A stretch of DNA of 63,913 nucleotides, the filler included, from Candidatus Fermentibacterota bacterium (GTDB taxonomy: Bacteria; JAFGKV01): the NCBI GenBank assembly GCA_016928395.1. It is 7 parts of 7 records of this genome, joined end to end, with 100 filler letters (N's around TTAATTAATTAA, not from the genome) between each part and the next. Parts side by side here need not be neighbours in the genome. Positions count along the whole stretch, not along the records: positions 1 to 23,269 come from JAFGKV010000167.1; 6 more parts are not named here. The stretch is one strand, 5' to 3'. Below are positions 1-9,584 of the stretch, one piece after another; within the stretch, counting starts at the first letter, position 1, and each line of letters opens with the position of its first letter. A program made the translations under genes and the position numbers. The notes under the pieces are model-generated. The model was not told where the DNA came from and did not search any database. It was given only the letters and a program-made list of their open reading frames with translations.

Positions 1-317
1 CCGTGCATCTCGTCGGGGGCCTTCCAGTTGTTTGTAGGCCCGGCATCGTCCTGGGCGGGGGAGCAAATGAAGGTTCGATCCTCAACTCTGGCCACATCGC
101 CGGGGTCCGACCGCACCAGGACACTGTTCGGCCGCTTCTGGTCATCAAGCCATATCGCGGTGCCCGAGTGCACCATACCGCGCAGAAGCTGGCCGTACTC
201 TTTCGGTGATCCGTCACACCAATGGATGGCATCCGGCTGACACAGCGTCGCCATATCCTCAATCCAGGTGACCAACGCCTGATTCTTCGCGGGTACACCA
301 GATATCGTCCGATTCAC
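1..317 (-). CDS. pckG: Phosphoenolpyruvate carboxykinase (GTP), N-terminal part; runs off the window edge
   Basis: Not in the ORF track. Manual translation from GTG at 317 (GGAGG RBS upstream) gives [37 protein letters not shown]...[18 protein letters not shown]...[10 protein letters not shown], the typical PEPCK-GTP N-terminus. Confidence 0.93.
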   Translation of the reverse strand, partial: MNRTISGVPAKNQALVTWIEDMATLCQPDAIHWCDGSPKEYGQLLRGMVHSGTAIWLDDQKRPNSVLVRSDPGDVARVEDRTFICSPAQDDAGPTNNWKAPDEMH

Positions 318-540
318 GAAGACCTCCTTGTTCAGTAGAGCCCCTTATTAGAGGCTCAATCTTCCGCGGAGTCAACCTCCATCGCACTCACTCTCGTGAT
401 GGGGTTCAGAGCCCGGGATTCCGCGGGAAACTCGCCGGTATTCGCACCTGTCCGTGTGCTCTTCGTTGCGGTTCGCGGCTCTCACCAGCGTCGCGTGCGA
501 CAGGCCGCTCCTCCCTCAAGGGTGACCCGCGCTCGGGACA

Positions 541-1599
541 CTACGGGCTGGCAGAAGGGGGCATGCGCCGGGCGCGAAAGAAGCGCCAGATCTCCTCGCT
601 GGCGCTGATGTCGCGATTGGTGACGCCAAGGCCGGGAAGCTCTAGCCCCGATCGAGGCCAGGCGTGGCCGCCTCCAACAACCTTGAGAAACACGACGGTC
701 TCCTCATCCGATGAGTCGCGGTACGAAATCCTCACCACTGTGGATCCATCGGAGGGATCGCTATCCGCAATAGAGGCCGTGTCGCCGCGGACGGCGCCAT
801 GGAGCCCGGCCCAGAACCGCGCCGTTGCGTCCGCTGACAGCCACCCTGGCGCGCCATCGTGCGGAACGGTCCGGTCATCGGTGCCGTGCACCAAGAGCAC
901 CGGTACCGCCCTTTGGGCCGTGCAGCTTCCGGCCGTGCGCCTGGAAATGACCCCGGTAACGGACGCTGCGGCGGCAATTCTGTCACCCAGTCTGCACGCG
1001 ATCCTCAGGCTCATGAATCCGCCGTTGGACATACCACATACGTAGACCCGCGAGAGGTCCACGCCACGGGCACGGTGAAGTGTATCGATGAGTGCGGAGA
1101 TGAACGCGACATCGTCCACGTCCGGCGTAGGCCAGCCGGGCCCATCCGATATCCCGCTGTTCCACCGCGCCTCCACGGCCTCGGGGTAGACCACGATGAA
1201 CCCAGCGGTATCGGCTACCGCGTTCATGGCGCTGTAGTGCATCTGCTGAGCGGCCGAGCTTCCATACCCGTGCAGGTTGAACACGAGAGCGGGAGCCGGC
1301 TTCGCCTCGGGGGGACAGAAGAGCAGGTAGCTTCTCGTGATTCCCTCGAACACCACGGTTCTGCGGACTACGTGCCCCGGTTCCGACCAGCGACACCCCT
1401 GAACTGCTGCCACCGCGCCGAGGACGGTCACCGTGGTGAGCGTTGCCGCGAGGCAGCGCCCGACGAAGAGCCTGAGCCTCGCCGTTTTTCCCGGTCGGGA
1501 TGAGGAGAACCCGAGGAACACGCGGCGATCCCCGGCGCCTTCCTGAGGCGTCTTCACTGAAACGCCGGGGCCGTTAGAACAGCATAGTGAACTGCGCAT
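541..1599 (-). CDS. Secreted alpha/beta-hydrolase, PHB depolymerase/LpqC-like esterase; true start probably further downstream
   Basis: Motifs LHGYG, GMSNGG nucleophile elbow, HGTDD and GGGHAWP; hydrophobic segment followed by Cys suggests a lipoprotein signal. Confidence 0.85.
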   Translation of the reverse strand: MRSSLCCSNGPGVSVKTPQEGAGDRRVFLGFSSSRPGKTARLRLFVGRCLAATLTTVTVLGAVAAVQGCRWSEPGHVVRRTVVFEGITRSYLLFCPPEAKPAPALVFNLHGYGSSAAQQMHYSAMNAVADTAGFIVVYPEAVEARWNSGISDGPGWPTPDVDDVAFISALIDTLHRARGVDLSRVYVCGMSNGGFMSLRIACRLGDRIAAAASVTGVISRRTAGSCTAQRAVPVLLVHGTDDRTVPHDGAPGWLSADATARFWAGLHGAVRGDTASIADSDPSDGSTVVRISYRDSSDEETVVFLKVVGGGHAWPRSGLELPGLGVTNRDISASEEIWRFFRARRMPPSASP

Positions 1600-2199
1600 T
1601 GCCTCCTCCGAACTCCTCGATGGCCGCTACGTGACTGATGGAGAGCTGAAGACGGGATGTAGGGCTGAAGGCATACGCATAGCCGAGTTTGATCGTGTCG
1701 ATGTAGCCCGATCTGTCCCCGCCTCCTTCGCGAATATCCGTCTCATAGTCCCACCGATATGCCGAGCTCATGCACCCCAGTTCGAGGATACCGAAAGACC
1801 GAGCCAGTTCCACGAAGGCGTGGGGAAGCACCTCCCGGCGGCGGTAGGTCAACTCCCGATTCCCCCGCGACGATGCCCGCTGCCCGAGGCGCGCCTTACC
1901 GAGCCGGAGACGGCCGCCTTCTCCCAGGGCCGGATGAGGCTCAGTCGAAGCCATGCGACCCTGTTGGCATAGTCATAATCGTTCAAGTCCTCATGGTACC
2001 GCTTCGACTCCTCGAACTCGTACACGCATCCAAGAGACTCGATATACGCTCCTTCAAAGATGTCGCAATAGGCCGCGGCCAGAGCATCGTCCATGCGCCG
2101 GTCATGGGCGCAGACATCAGGCGAGAACTCACGGTCCGCATAGCTGCGCCGAAACCCGGTCGTGCGTCGCCCCTCGCTGAACGCCGTCAGCCGCCCCAA
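1574..2199 (-). pseudogene. Possible frameshifted remnant of an outer-membrane beta-barrel-like protein
   Basis: Two overlapping ORFs (1849-2199 and 1574-1954) each look protein-like in one half, with alternating aromatic strands and a C-terminal GGGNAQFTMLF; no signal peptide or convincing start. Confidence 0.35.
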
Positions 2200-2221
2200 A
2201 CCAATTCGACGTCAGGCCTGG

Positions 2222-2255
2222 TATAGGACATGTCACATATATGACACGTCCTATA
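2222..2255. promoter_or_regulatory. Tandem palindromic operator-like site, copy 1
   Basis: TATAGGACATGTCACATA and TATATGACACGTCCTATA at 16-nt period; AT-rich patch; the same motif recurs at 56041-56074. Confidence 0.55.
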
Positions 2256-2326
2256 TTTGAGACACAGCGGCAATGACGACGGCAGCCCGGTGCATCGCAT
2301 GCCAGCCGACAGGCCAAGGCAAGGAG

Positions 2327-3445
2327 TCATTGCTGACGGGCGGATGTGGTGGGATGGTATCGTGCTGCGATGATCCGAGGGTGGGCAAGCACGACGGAAT
2401 CGCAGTACAGATGATCAGCGGGTCCCCCTGTGGTCGCGAGAGTAAGAACAACCGGCCTATCTGAGAACTGGGACACATCCACCATGATGTCGACCCAGGC
2501 TCTGTCACATCGGTTCACCTTGGGGTTCAGCAGGTATTCGAACAGGGTGACCGGGGCTTGCCCCGGCGCTTGTGCGAGGATCCGGTACATCACGCCATCG
2601 CTCTTGGTCCAGCAGGACTCCGCCATGCCCAGTGAGGCTGTGAAACGCGCCCTAGAGCCTGGAACAATGTTCAGCGCAAGCTCCCATGGAGGACGGGCAT
2701 GCACGCCTTCCCGACGCACGCCGGCCAGATCGAGCGACGAGTCCGCCGTGGCGGGGAGAGCCCCGGCAGTGGCCAGAGACCAGTCGAGGCGGAGGGCTCC
2801 CGATTCGATGAGTAGGCTGACTTCCTCGGGTGTTGTCGGCGGCGTGGCAAACGGCGGCGAGACCACCACGGGATCGCCCCAGATGCACCAATCCCGGTAG
2901 CTGTCGCCGGCCGGGCCAGGATCCACGGCCAGCTCAACCAGGATCCGAGATCCCACCCAGGGTGAAAGATCGTATTCGCGCAGAAACCAGGCCCGATCCT
3001 TGCCCCACACCCTCGGATTCAGCGTGGTCGCTCCCAGCATCACGACGTCTTCCGCGTCCTCAGTTACTACCGAAACGCGAAACTCCGCACCATCGGTACT
3101 GCCCTCCCACGATGCGGGGAGCAAAGCGAACCATGTCGACAGTCGGGCAGAGGGGTGCACGAACACCGGGAACCGTGCCCGCGACGGCGCCTGCATGTAG
3201 ATGCCGTTGCGAGCTATGCCGCCGATCACGGCGTTGGAACGCTGCACGGGGGCGGCATTGTTCGGCCACTCGACGACCTTGTCCATCGAAGCGAACAAGT
3301 CTGTCTGGATATGGATAGTTCCCCGCTCGGCCTGTACCCACACCGAGGCTGGGTGTGGGTGGCGACCGCATCGGGCGAGGAGCAGGGCAATGAAGAGCAG
3401 GGCGGTATGTGCATGTCGCATCAGAGGAGAATATCGCTGCCGCAC
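2327..3445 (-). CDS. Putative lipoprotein with two related beta-sandwich domains (NPCBM/NEW2-like)
   Basis: Lipobox-like LLARC after a hydrophobic stretch; internal duplication STDGAEFRV..NP..DRAW..DLS versus KSDGVMYRI..NP..DRAW..DVS. Confidence 0.65.
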   Translation of the reverse strand: MRQRYSPLMRHAHTALLFIALLLARCGRHPHPASVWVQAERGTIHIQTDLFASMDKVVEWPNNAAPVQRSNAVIGGIARNGIYMQAPSRARFPVFVHPSARLSTWFALLPASWEGSTDGAEFRVSVVTEDAEDVVMLGATTLNPRVWGKDRAWFLREYDLSPWVGSRILVELAVDPGPAGDSYRDWCIWGDPVVVSPPFATPPTTPEEVSLLIESGALRLDWSLATAGALPATADSSLDLAGVRREGVHARPPWELALNIVPGSRARFTASLGMAESCWTKSDGVMYRILAQAPGQAPVTLFEYLLNPKVNRCDRAWVDIMVDVSQFSDRPVVLTLATTGGPADHLYCDSVVLAHPRIIAARYHPTTSARQQ

Positions 3446-3601
3446 CTGTGCTGCAAGTGCGCACTCCCACGCCGGGGGTCGCGCTGTTCCCGGCCGCAGT
3501 GCGCGACTGTCCCGCGAATCATGCTGAACTGGATTGGCCGGCTCGTCGCAATGGCAGGCTGATCGCGATCGCCTCTACCCTGGGAATCCCCAAGAGCTGC
3601 T

Positions 3602-4969
3602 TTAGCCTGGCCGTCTCCCGAACCGTCCTCCCCCATACAGGATCGCTGACACCACCAGTCCGGGGAAAATGGGCTCGATGCCCCCAGGGTAGACGCCATG
3701 ACCCCAGGGCAAGTTCGGCCACACAAGCCACAGCAGCGCCACTCCCCCACCTCCGGCCATCATCAGGGCGGCGTTGCCTCCTCCGGGCCGAAATCGTTCT
3801 GAAAAACTCAGGGCCAGCGGCAACAGCAGCGCGGGTGTTCCCACCGACCCCAGGTGATGCCAGATATCCACCACCGATCTGAGCCAGAGGGCAAGGCATA
3901 CCGCCAGCCCGCCGGTGGCGACCAAGGCGGCCCTTGTGTACCGATTGACCACCGATTCGTCAGTGCCGCCCCGCAGCCTCCACACGATATCACGCCCCAG
4001 CGTAATGCCGCCCAGAAACAGATAGGAATCCACCGTCGACATTACCACGGCCAGCATCGCCAGCATGAACAGCCCGCGCGCCCATGGCGGCAACAGGAGT
4101 TGCCCCAGAGCGGGAAAAGCGGCGACCGGGTCCGCAAGGTTGGGCAGCAGAGCCCGGGCATAGATCCCCGCGGTGGTGGTCAGGAAATCGAACACCATCC
4201 AGAACACGACCGAGATGACGATCCCGCGCCTCGCCACCCGTTCGTCTCTGGCGGCATAGCAGCGCTGGTAGAATGCCGGTTCCACCAGCGCGCCCAGGGC
4301 TATGAAGTACCAACCCAGGATGTACCACGGTGACTTCCCGCCGTGCCAAGTGAAGTGCTGAGCCGGCACACTGGCAACCAGAAAGCCTATCCCGCCGCGG
4401 TGGAACGCATATCCCACCAAAAGGCCAAAGCCTGCGAACATGAGGGCGAACTGCACAACATCGGTGATCAAATCGCCCTTGAGCCCGCCTCGGAAGACAT
4501 AGATGATCGAGAACACGGTTCCGAGAAGCAGCGAGGGTGCCAGCGGCCACTCGAACACGATGTGTAGGAGTATTCCCATCTGAAGGACATAGGCCGCCGG
4601 CGCCGTCATGACGAAGACCACCGCCGAGCCGATGAGCGCGGGTACTCGACCGTAGGATCGCAGAAGCTGATCGGGGATAGTAAAATGCCCCGTACGGCGC
4701 GCCCTGGCGGCGATGAAGACGGCGAACAGCAACGCGGCCAAGTAGTAGGGCACGCCAAACACCAGCCAGTTGCTCAGGCCATGCTTGTAGCTGTATTCCC
4801 CCACCCCGAGGATGCCCCCGTACCACGTTGAGACCAGGCTGGCCACGAATACCGGCAGGGTAACCCGCCGTCCCGCCAGGAGGTAATCCTCCGCCTTGTC
4901 CTGCTGTCGAAACGCCGCGGCTGCCACCACGAGAAACACGGCGTATGCACCGACGAAGAAGCCTTCCAT
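3602..4969 (-). CDS. Sodium:solute symporter (SSS) family protein, likely thiamine or precursor uptake
   Basis: Motifs DYLLAGR, STWYGG, GGLKGDLITDVVQF, YQRCYAA and MSTVDS; many TM helices; lies downstream of the TPP-controlled TonB receptor. Confidence 0.9.
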   Translation of the reverse strand: MEGFFVGAYAVFLVVAAAAFRQQDKAEDYLLAGRRVTLPVFVASLVSTWYGGILGVGEYSYKHGLSNWLVFGVPYYLAALLFAVFIAARARRTGHFTIPDQLLRSYGRVPALIGSAVVFVMTAPAAYVLQMGILLHIVFEWPLAPSLLLGTVFSIIYVFRGGLKGDLITDVVQFALMFAGFGLLVGYAFHRGGIGFLVASVPAQHFTWHGGKSPWYILGWYFIALGALVEPAFYQRCYAARDERVARRGIVISVVFWMVFDFLTTTAGIYARALLPNLADPVAAFPALGQLLLPPWARGLFMLAMLAVVMSTVDSYLFLGGITLGRDIVWRLRGGTDESVVNRYTRAALVATGGLAVCLALWLRSVVDIWHHLGSVGTPALLLPLALSFSERFRPGGGNAALMMAGGGGVALLWLVWPNLPWGHGVYPGGIEPIFPGLVVSAILYGGGRFGRRPG

Positions 4970-5210
4970 GGTCAGTATCCTGTCCTCTCGGTCGCCCTCA
5001 ACCCCACGGGCGGGCAGGTGCTCCCGCACCGCTGGATGCGGGACGGAGTCGGGCCCCTACGGAGATGAGCGGGGCACCGTTGCCTCGTTGGAGGTGGAGT
5101 CCGGGGCGGGCATCACTATCGGTATCGAAATCGTAATCGACGAGCCGGGCATTCGAGCACGAGTCTCCCATGCTCTCTCACACACGTCCACGTTTATCAG
5201 TCTCGCTGGG

Positions 5211-5317
5211 CCGACTGGCAACTGCTGACTGCTGACTGCCGACTGCCGACCGCCGACCGCCAACTGCCGACTGGCAACTGCCGACTGCCGACTGCCGATT
5301 GCCGACTGCCGATTGGC
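5211..5317. repeat. Tandem heptamer repeat (CGACTGC-type), about 15 degenerate copies
   Basis: gactggc aactgct gactgct gactgcc gactgcc gaccgcc ... lying between the TonB receptor and SSS genes. Confidence 0.9.
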
Positions 5318-5377
5318 TGCAGCCTCTACCCTCGCCCCTGTCATTGCCCAGTGTGTCTGCGGTCGAAACACCACCTG

Positions 5378-7822
5378 CTACAGCTCCAGTGTGATTCCTC
5401 CGTGGAAAGTACGTTCCGACCCAACCCAGAAGTACCGTGCCCCTTCCCACGCGTCGTAGTAGCCGGAGGTCTCGTAGTTCCTGTTCGCCAGATTCTCCAC
5501 CCTAAGACTCACCCGTACCCGACCCGCTCGGCCGATCTGAATGGGGCCCACCATGACCCATGCGTCCGCAATGCTGTAGGGCTTGATGATCCGATCCTCA
5601 TTCGCGCTCGTGTCAAGGTACTGCTTCCCCACATGCCGCAGTCTGCCGCCCAGCTCCGCGCTCCCCCACCGGTACCCGACCCTGAAGCCAAGAAGCCGGT
5701 TTGGGAAAAGCGGGATGGGATTGCCTGAAAGATCCTCGCCTTCAGGCGTCCAATCCTCGTGACTCGTGAACTCCTTTATCACATTGTCGCTGAATGAGGC
5801 GGTGGCGCGCAGGGAGATCTCCCCACCATCGGGAAGAGCGACCCAGGGCAGGGACATGTCCAGCTCCACCCCCCGATGCTCCGTGCGGGGCGCGTTGCCT
5901 GTGACCGGTGAGCCTCGGTCCTCGTCAAACCGGCCGTAGGGGATGATCTCATCATCGAAGCGCATCAGGTAGAGCGCGCAGCCCGCCAGAAGGCCCCACC
6001 GGTCAACGTGGATACCCATTTCGTAGTCCAGGAGTCGCTCGGGATCCACGCTGGGATCTTTCCACTCTGTCCAGCGCGCGTCTCCCCAGGTATCGCGCAC
6101 CGTATCCGCCCGGGCGAATAACGGATCGGAGAAGAGATCATCCGGTCCCTCCCACACATCGAAGTACTCGGCGTCAGATGGTTCGCGCTGGGCATAGGAG
6201 ACATTGCCATAGAGGTGAATACCGTCGGAGGGGCGAACCGTGACCCCGGTGCGAGGGCTCAAGAATGCATGCCCGACGGTAAACCGGTTCAACTCCTCGG
6301 CGGCGAAGTTGCCTTCTTCCTCCTGGCGGAAAGAGTATCGCTTCCATTGGAGCGCCACATCGGTAAGCAGATCCACTCGGGATCCGAAATGAGTCAGGCC
6401 GTGGAGATACCCAGAAGCATTCCACTTGCGGCCCCCATAGCGGTAGTAGTCACCCCTGGCCGAGTCTGCGTAGTCGGTCCAGAGCACCTCGCCCCGGTGG
6501 GTACTCCAGAAGTACGATAGTTCCCCTCCCACCGCAGCCTCCAACGGCCCGAACACCCGCGAGATCCTGGGGAGCATGCCAAGGTGATCCTTCTTCACGT
6601 GCTTCTGCCGAACGACTTCGCCACGGCTGGTCTCGTCATCGGCGGGTACTATCCCATAGTCTCTGAGAAGTCGGTCCGATTTGTACTGCTCGTAGTAGCC
6701 ACGGCCTCGAACATAGAACAAGGTGGTCCCCACATCCAGCCCGTCCGGCGCATGATAGTCCAGATGAGCCTCATAGCGGGGCTGATTGAATGAGTCGATC
6801 TCATTGGCGTAGACCACGGGGTTGAAACGGCGGTTCGTCGACAGGCTGTCCTCATGGGCGGCATACCAACCCGCGTGGGTCTTGATGGGGCCGCCAAAGG
6901 CCACGAATCGAGCGTCTATCAGCCCTCTTGATGTCTGGCTGGTGAAGAAGTAGGACCAGAGATCAGAGGAGGTCCGGTCACGATACCCGTTGGAGATCAC
7001 CCTGGAGAACCGGGCCTGCATCGAGCGGGTACCCTGGGCCGTGGACGAGAGTTGAAACGAAAACGCCCGGGTTCCCCAGCTCCCCAGACCTCCCCGAACG
7101 ATCATACCCGGCTCTGCAGGAAGAGCGGTAGTAACGAGATTCACCGAGCCTCCCAAGCCATACTGCCCCACCAGAGCGGTGCCTACCCCGCGCTGCACCT
7201 GTACATCCTGGGTGCTGCTCAGCAGGTCGGGCATGTCGACCCAGTAGACCTGATGGTCCTCCGGATCATTGAGGGGCACACCATTGATCATGACATTGAT
7301 ACGCTTCTGATCGAACCCGCGAATCGTCAAGTAGGTGTAGCCGACCCCGTTGCCTGCATCTGAATACGCGTAGACCCCCGCGACCTCGTCCTGGAGCAGG
7401 GTGGGAGTGTCTTTCACTGTGTGCTCGCGCCGCAGGTCGGAACGGGCCACATTGGTAAAGGTAACCGGAGTGACTCCTGATATGGCGCGGTTCGCGCTAA
7501 TGACGATCTCCTGGGCCTCCAAGACCTTGGGCTTCAACCTGAACTCGACCGCAAGATCACCCATGGAGACCGCCACGGTGACCCGGGCGCCTCGATAGGC
7601 GATATGCGTGGCCTCGATGACGTAGTATCCGGCGGGGAGCGGCCCGATCCTGTAGTGCCCCAGAGAATCTGTGACCGACCCGACTCCGACGTAGGGCGCA
7701 CTGACTGATGCATCGGGAATAGGGGCCCCGGTCTCGTGATCAACGACCGTGCCGACGACGAATCCCGGCGATTGAGCGTGAAGCGTGGCGGAAAAGAGCA
7801 GAAGGGCGACAGTGCGTAGCAT
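5378..7822 (-). CDS. TonB-dependent receptor, probable thiamine transporter
   Basis: ATG at 7822 with GGAGG RBS; signal peptide; carboxypeptidase-regulatory-like N-domain; plug motifs IRGFDQ..INGVPLNDPE and VQVQRG; C-terminal ENLANRNY; TPP riboswitch upstream. Confidence 0.92.
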   Translation of the reverse strand: MLRTVALLLFSATLHAQSPGFVVGTVVDHETGAPIPDASVSAPYVGVGSVTDSLGHYRIGPLPAGYYVIEATHIAYRGARVTVAVSMGDLAVEFRLKPKVLEAQEIVISANRAISGVTPVTFTNVARSDLRREHTVKDTPTLLQDEVAGVYAYSDAGNGVGYTYLTIRGFDQKRINVMINGVPLNDPEDHQVYWVDMPDLLSSTQDVQVQRGVGTALVGQYGLGGSVNLVTTALPAEPGMIVRGGLGSWGTRAFSFQLSSTAQGTRSMQARFSRVISNGYRDRTSSDLWSYFFTSQTSRGLIDARFVAFGGPIKTHAGWYAAHEDSLSTNRRFNPVVYANEIDSFNQPRYEAHLDYHAPDGLDVGTTLFYVRGRGYYEQYKSDRLLRDYGIVPADDETSRGEVVRQKHVKKDHLGMLPRISRVFGPLEAAVGGELSYFWSTHRGEVLWTDYADSARGDYYRYGGRKWNASGYLHGLTHFGSRVDLLTDVALQWKRYSFRQEEEGNFAAEELNRFTVGHAFLSPRTGVTVRPSDGIHLYGNVSYAQREPSDAEYFDVWEGPDDLFSDPLFARADTVRDTWGDARWTEWKDPSVDPERLLDYEMGIHVDRWGLLAGCALYLMRFDDEIIPYGRFDEDRGSPVTGNAPRTEHRGVELDMSLPWVALPDGGEISLRATASFSDNVIKEFTSHEDWTPEGEDLSGNPIPLFPNRLLGFRVGYRWGSAELGGRLRHVGKQYLDTSANEDRIIKPYSIADAWVMVGPIQIGRAGRVRVSLRVENLANRNYETSGYYDAWEGARYFWVGSERTFHGGITLEL

Positions 7823-7889
7823 CGAGCACCTCCGGTAGGAGACCGCGTGGCACAAGCGCGGGAGCGGCCGCCATCATGCTCGATGATTT

Positions 7890-7976
7890 CCCGTTCCCTA
7901 CGCTGGCATTACCCAGATCAGGTTCGTGGGGTATTCTCTCAGGTCGTAGCGGTTGCCCGACCACCCCCAGGGACCA
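7890..7976 (-). ncRNA. TPP riboswitch
   Basis: Minus strand reads GGTCCCTGGGGGTG...CTGAGAGAATACCCCACGAACCTGATCTGGGTAATGCCAGCGTAGGGAAC, with the hallmark CTGAGA, ACCTGAT and TAATGCCAGCGTAGGGA elements and P1 pairing. Confidence 0.95.
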
Positions 7977-8165
7977 TGCGGATGTGAGTGTAAGCCACTA
8001 AATTGGGGGCTTTCCCAGAAAGATCAAGAAGGGAGTGTGGGAGGAGGGCTGTAGGGAGGGATGGGGGGTCGTTGCGATGGTCCATGAACCGCACACCGTG
8101 GACTGCTCGTGGAGCCACGCCGGCCTGAATCCTGAACCCTGATCATCTCACGGAGTGAGCCAACT

Positions 8166-9500
8166 GTGAACCACGAACCGTTAGCCGTAGATCGCTCGCA
8201 CGGCGAGCCCACACGCGTGGCTCTCACCACGCTGGGATGCAAGCTGAACTTCGTGGAGATGGAGGAGATGGCGGAGGGCTTCGCCCGAGGGGGATGCTGC
8301 ATCGTCCCGTTCGGAGAATCCGCTGATCTCACCATCGTACACACCTGCACGGTGACGAGCCGCAGCGACTTCAAGAGCCGTCACCTCATAAGCCGGGCCC
8401 GGCAGTTCAGCCCCGGAGGGCAAATCGTCGTCACGGGCTGCTACGCTGAACTGGATGGGGATACCCTCCGGGGTTTGCCTGGCGTGACCAAAGTCATCCC
8501 ACGGGCGCGGCTGCATGCCCTTCCCCAGGTGCTCACGGAGGCGCCCGACAATCCAGATGATCTGTCGGATTCCGACCCCTGGATCGTGCGCCGAAAAACC
8601 AGGTTGAGCCGCGCCTTCCTGAAGATACAAACGGGCTGCAATCAGCGCTGCACATTCTGTCGCGTATGGCAGGCCCGGGGGCCGGCTGTCAGTGTCCCCG
8701 CTACAAGGGTAATGGAGCAGGCAGGGGTGTTTCTCGCCCAGGGCTTCGAGGAACTGGTGCTGACGGGGGTGGACATGGGAAGCTGGGGGATCGACCGGGG
8801 CCTGGGCCGCAGCTTCTGTACCCTGCTAGAGAAGATCCTCGCACTGCCCGGTCACTTCAGGGTTCGTCTCAGCTCCCTCTATCCTGTGGATGTCGACGAG
8901 AGGCTTCTCGATCTCGTCACAACACACCCAAAGCTATGCCGCCATCTTCACCTTCCGGTGCAAAGCGCCAGTCCCGCGGTCTTGCGTCGCATGGGCCGTC
9001 ACGTGGAACCGGCACGCCTGTGCGAGTTAACCTGGCGGCTGCGCGAGGCGTCGGGTCAATTCGGCATCGGTGCCGATATCATCGCGGGATTCCCTGGCGA
9101 GACCGGGGAGGATTTCGCCGAAACCTGTCGCTTCGTGGAGAACTCGGCCCTTACCTACCTCCACGTATTTCCATTCTCCACCCGGCCGGGCACAGCGGCG
9201 GCGGGGTTTGACGGCCAGCACTCCCCAGAGACAATCAAGGAGCGGGCCAAGCTCCTGCGAGATCTGGGTGCGAAGCGCCGCGCCGAGTACCGTGCGGCTC
9301 ACCCCGGCGGAGAGGTGGAAGTGCTCATCGAACGTCGCCGCGACCGTGCGACCGGGCTGCTGACAGGCTTCACCACCGACTACCTCCGGGTATACGCCCA
9401 GGGCCCCGATGCGTGGGGGGGACGGCTGGTGTCGCTCCGGCTTGCCCGATCCCTGGGAGTGGAGGATTCCGTAGAGACACAGGACGTGGGCGCGCCGTAG
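8166..9500 (+). CDS. mtaB: tRNA t6A37 methylthiotransferase (radical SAM, UPF0004 and TRAM-like domains)
   Basis: TLGCKLN, HTCTVT, CNQRCTFC, HLHLPVQS and HVFPFS.RPGT motifs. Confidence 0.9.
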   Translation: MNHEPLAVDRSHGEPTRVALTTLGCKLNFVEMEEMAEGFARGGCCIVPFGESADLTIVHTCTVTSRSDFKSRHLISRARQFSPGGQIVVTGCYAELDGDTLRGLPGVTKVIPRARLHALPQVLTEAPDNPDDLSDSDPWIVRRKTRLSRAFLKIQTGCNQRCTFCRVWQARGPAVSVPATRVMEQAGVFLAQGFEELVLTGVDMGSWGIDRGLGRSFCTLLEKILALPGHFRVRLSSLYPVDVDERLLDLVTTHPKLCRHLHLPVQSASPAVLRRMGRHVEPARLCELTWRLREASGQFGIGADIIAGFPGETGEDFAETCRFVENSALTYLHVFPFSTRPGTAAAGFDGQHSPETIKERAKLLRDLGAKRRAEYRAAHPGGEVEVLIERRRDRATGLLTGFTTDYLRVYAQGPDAWGGRLVSLRLARSLGVEDSVETQDVGAP

Positions 9501-9584
9501 CCGTTGACATGCCATCCCGCATCGGTTCATTGTCCACGAAGAGCCATGCAGTAGTCCTTTCACCCTGGCCACAAGGAGGTCCTG

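Noticed and set aside
5057-5450. ORFs with RQSAV repeats, and likewise 48932-49812 and 30681-31030
   Set aside because: Translations of non-coding heptamer tracts.
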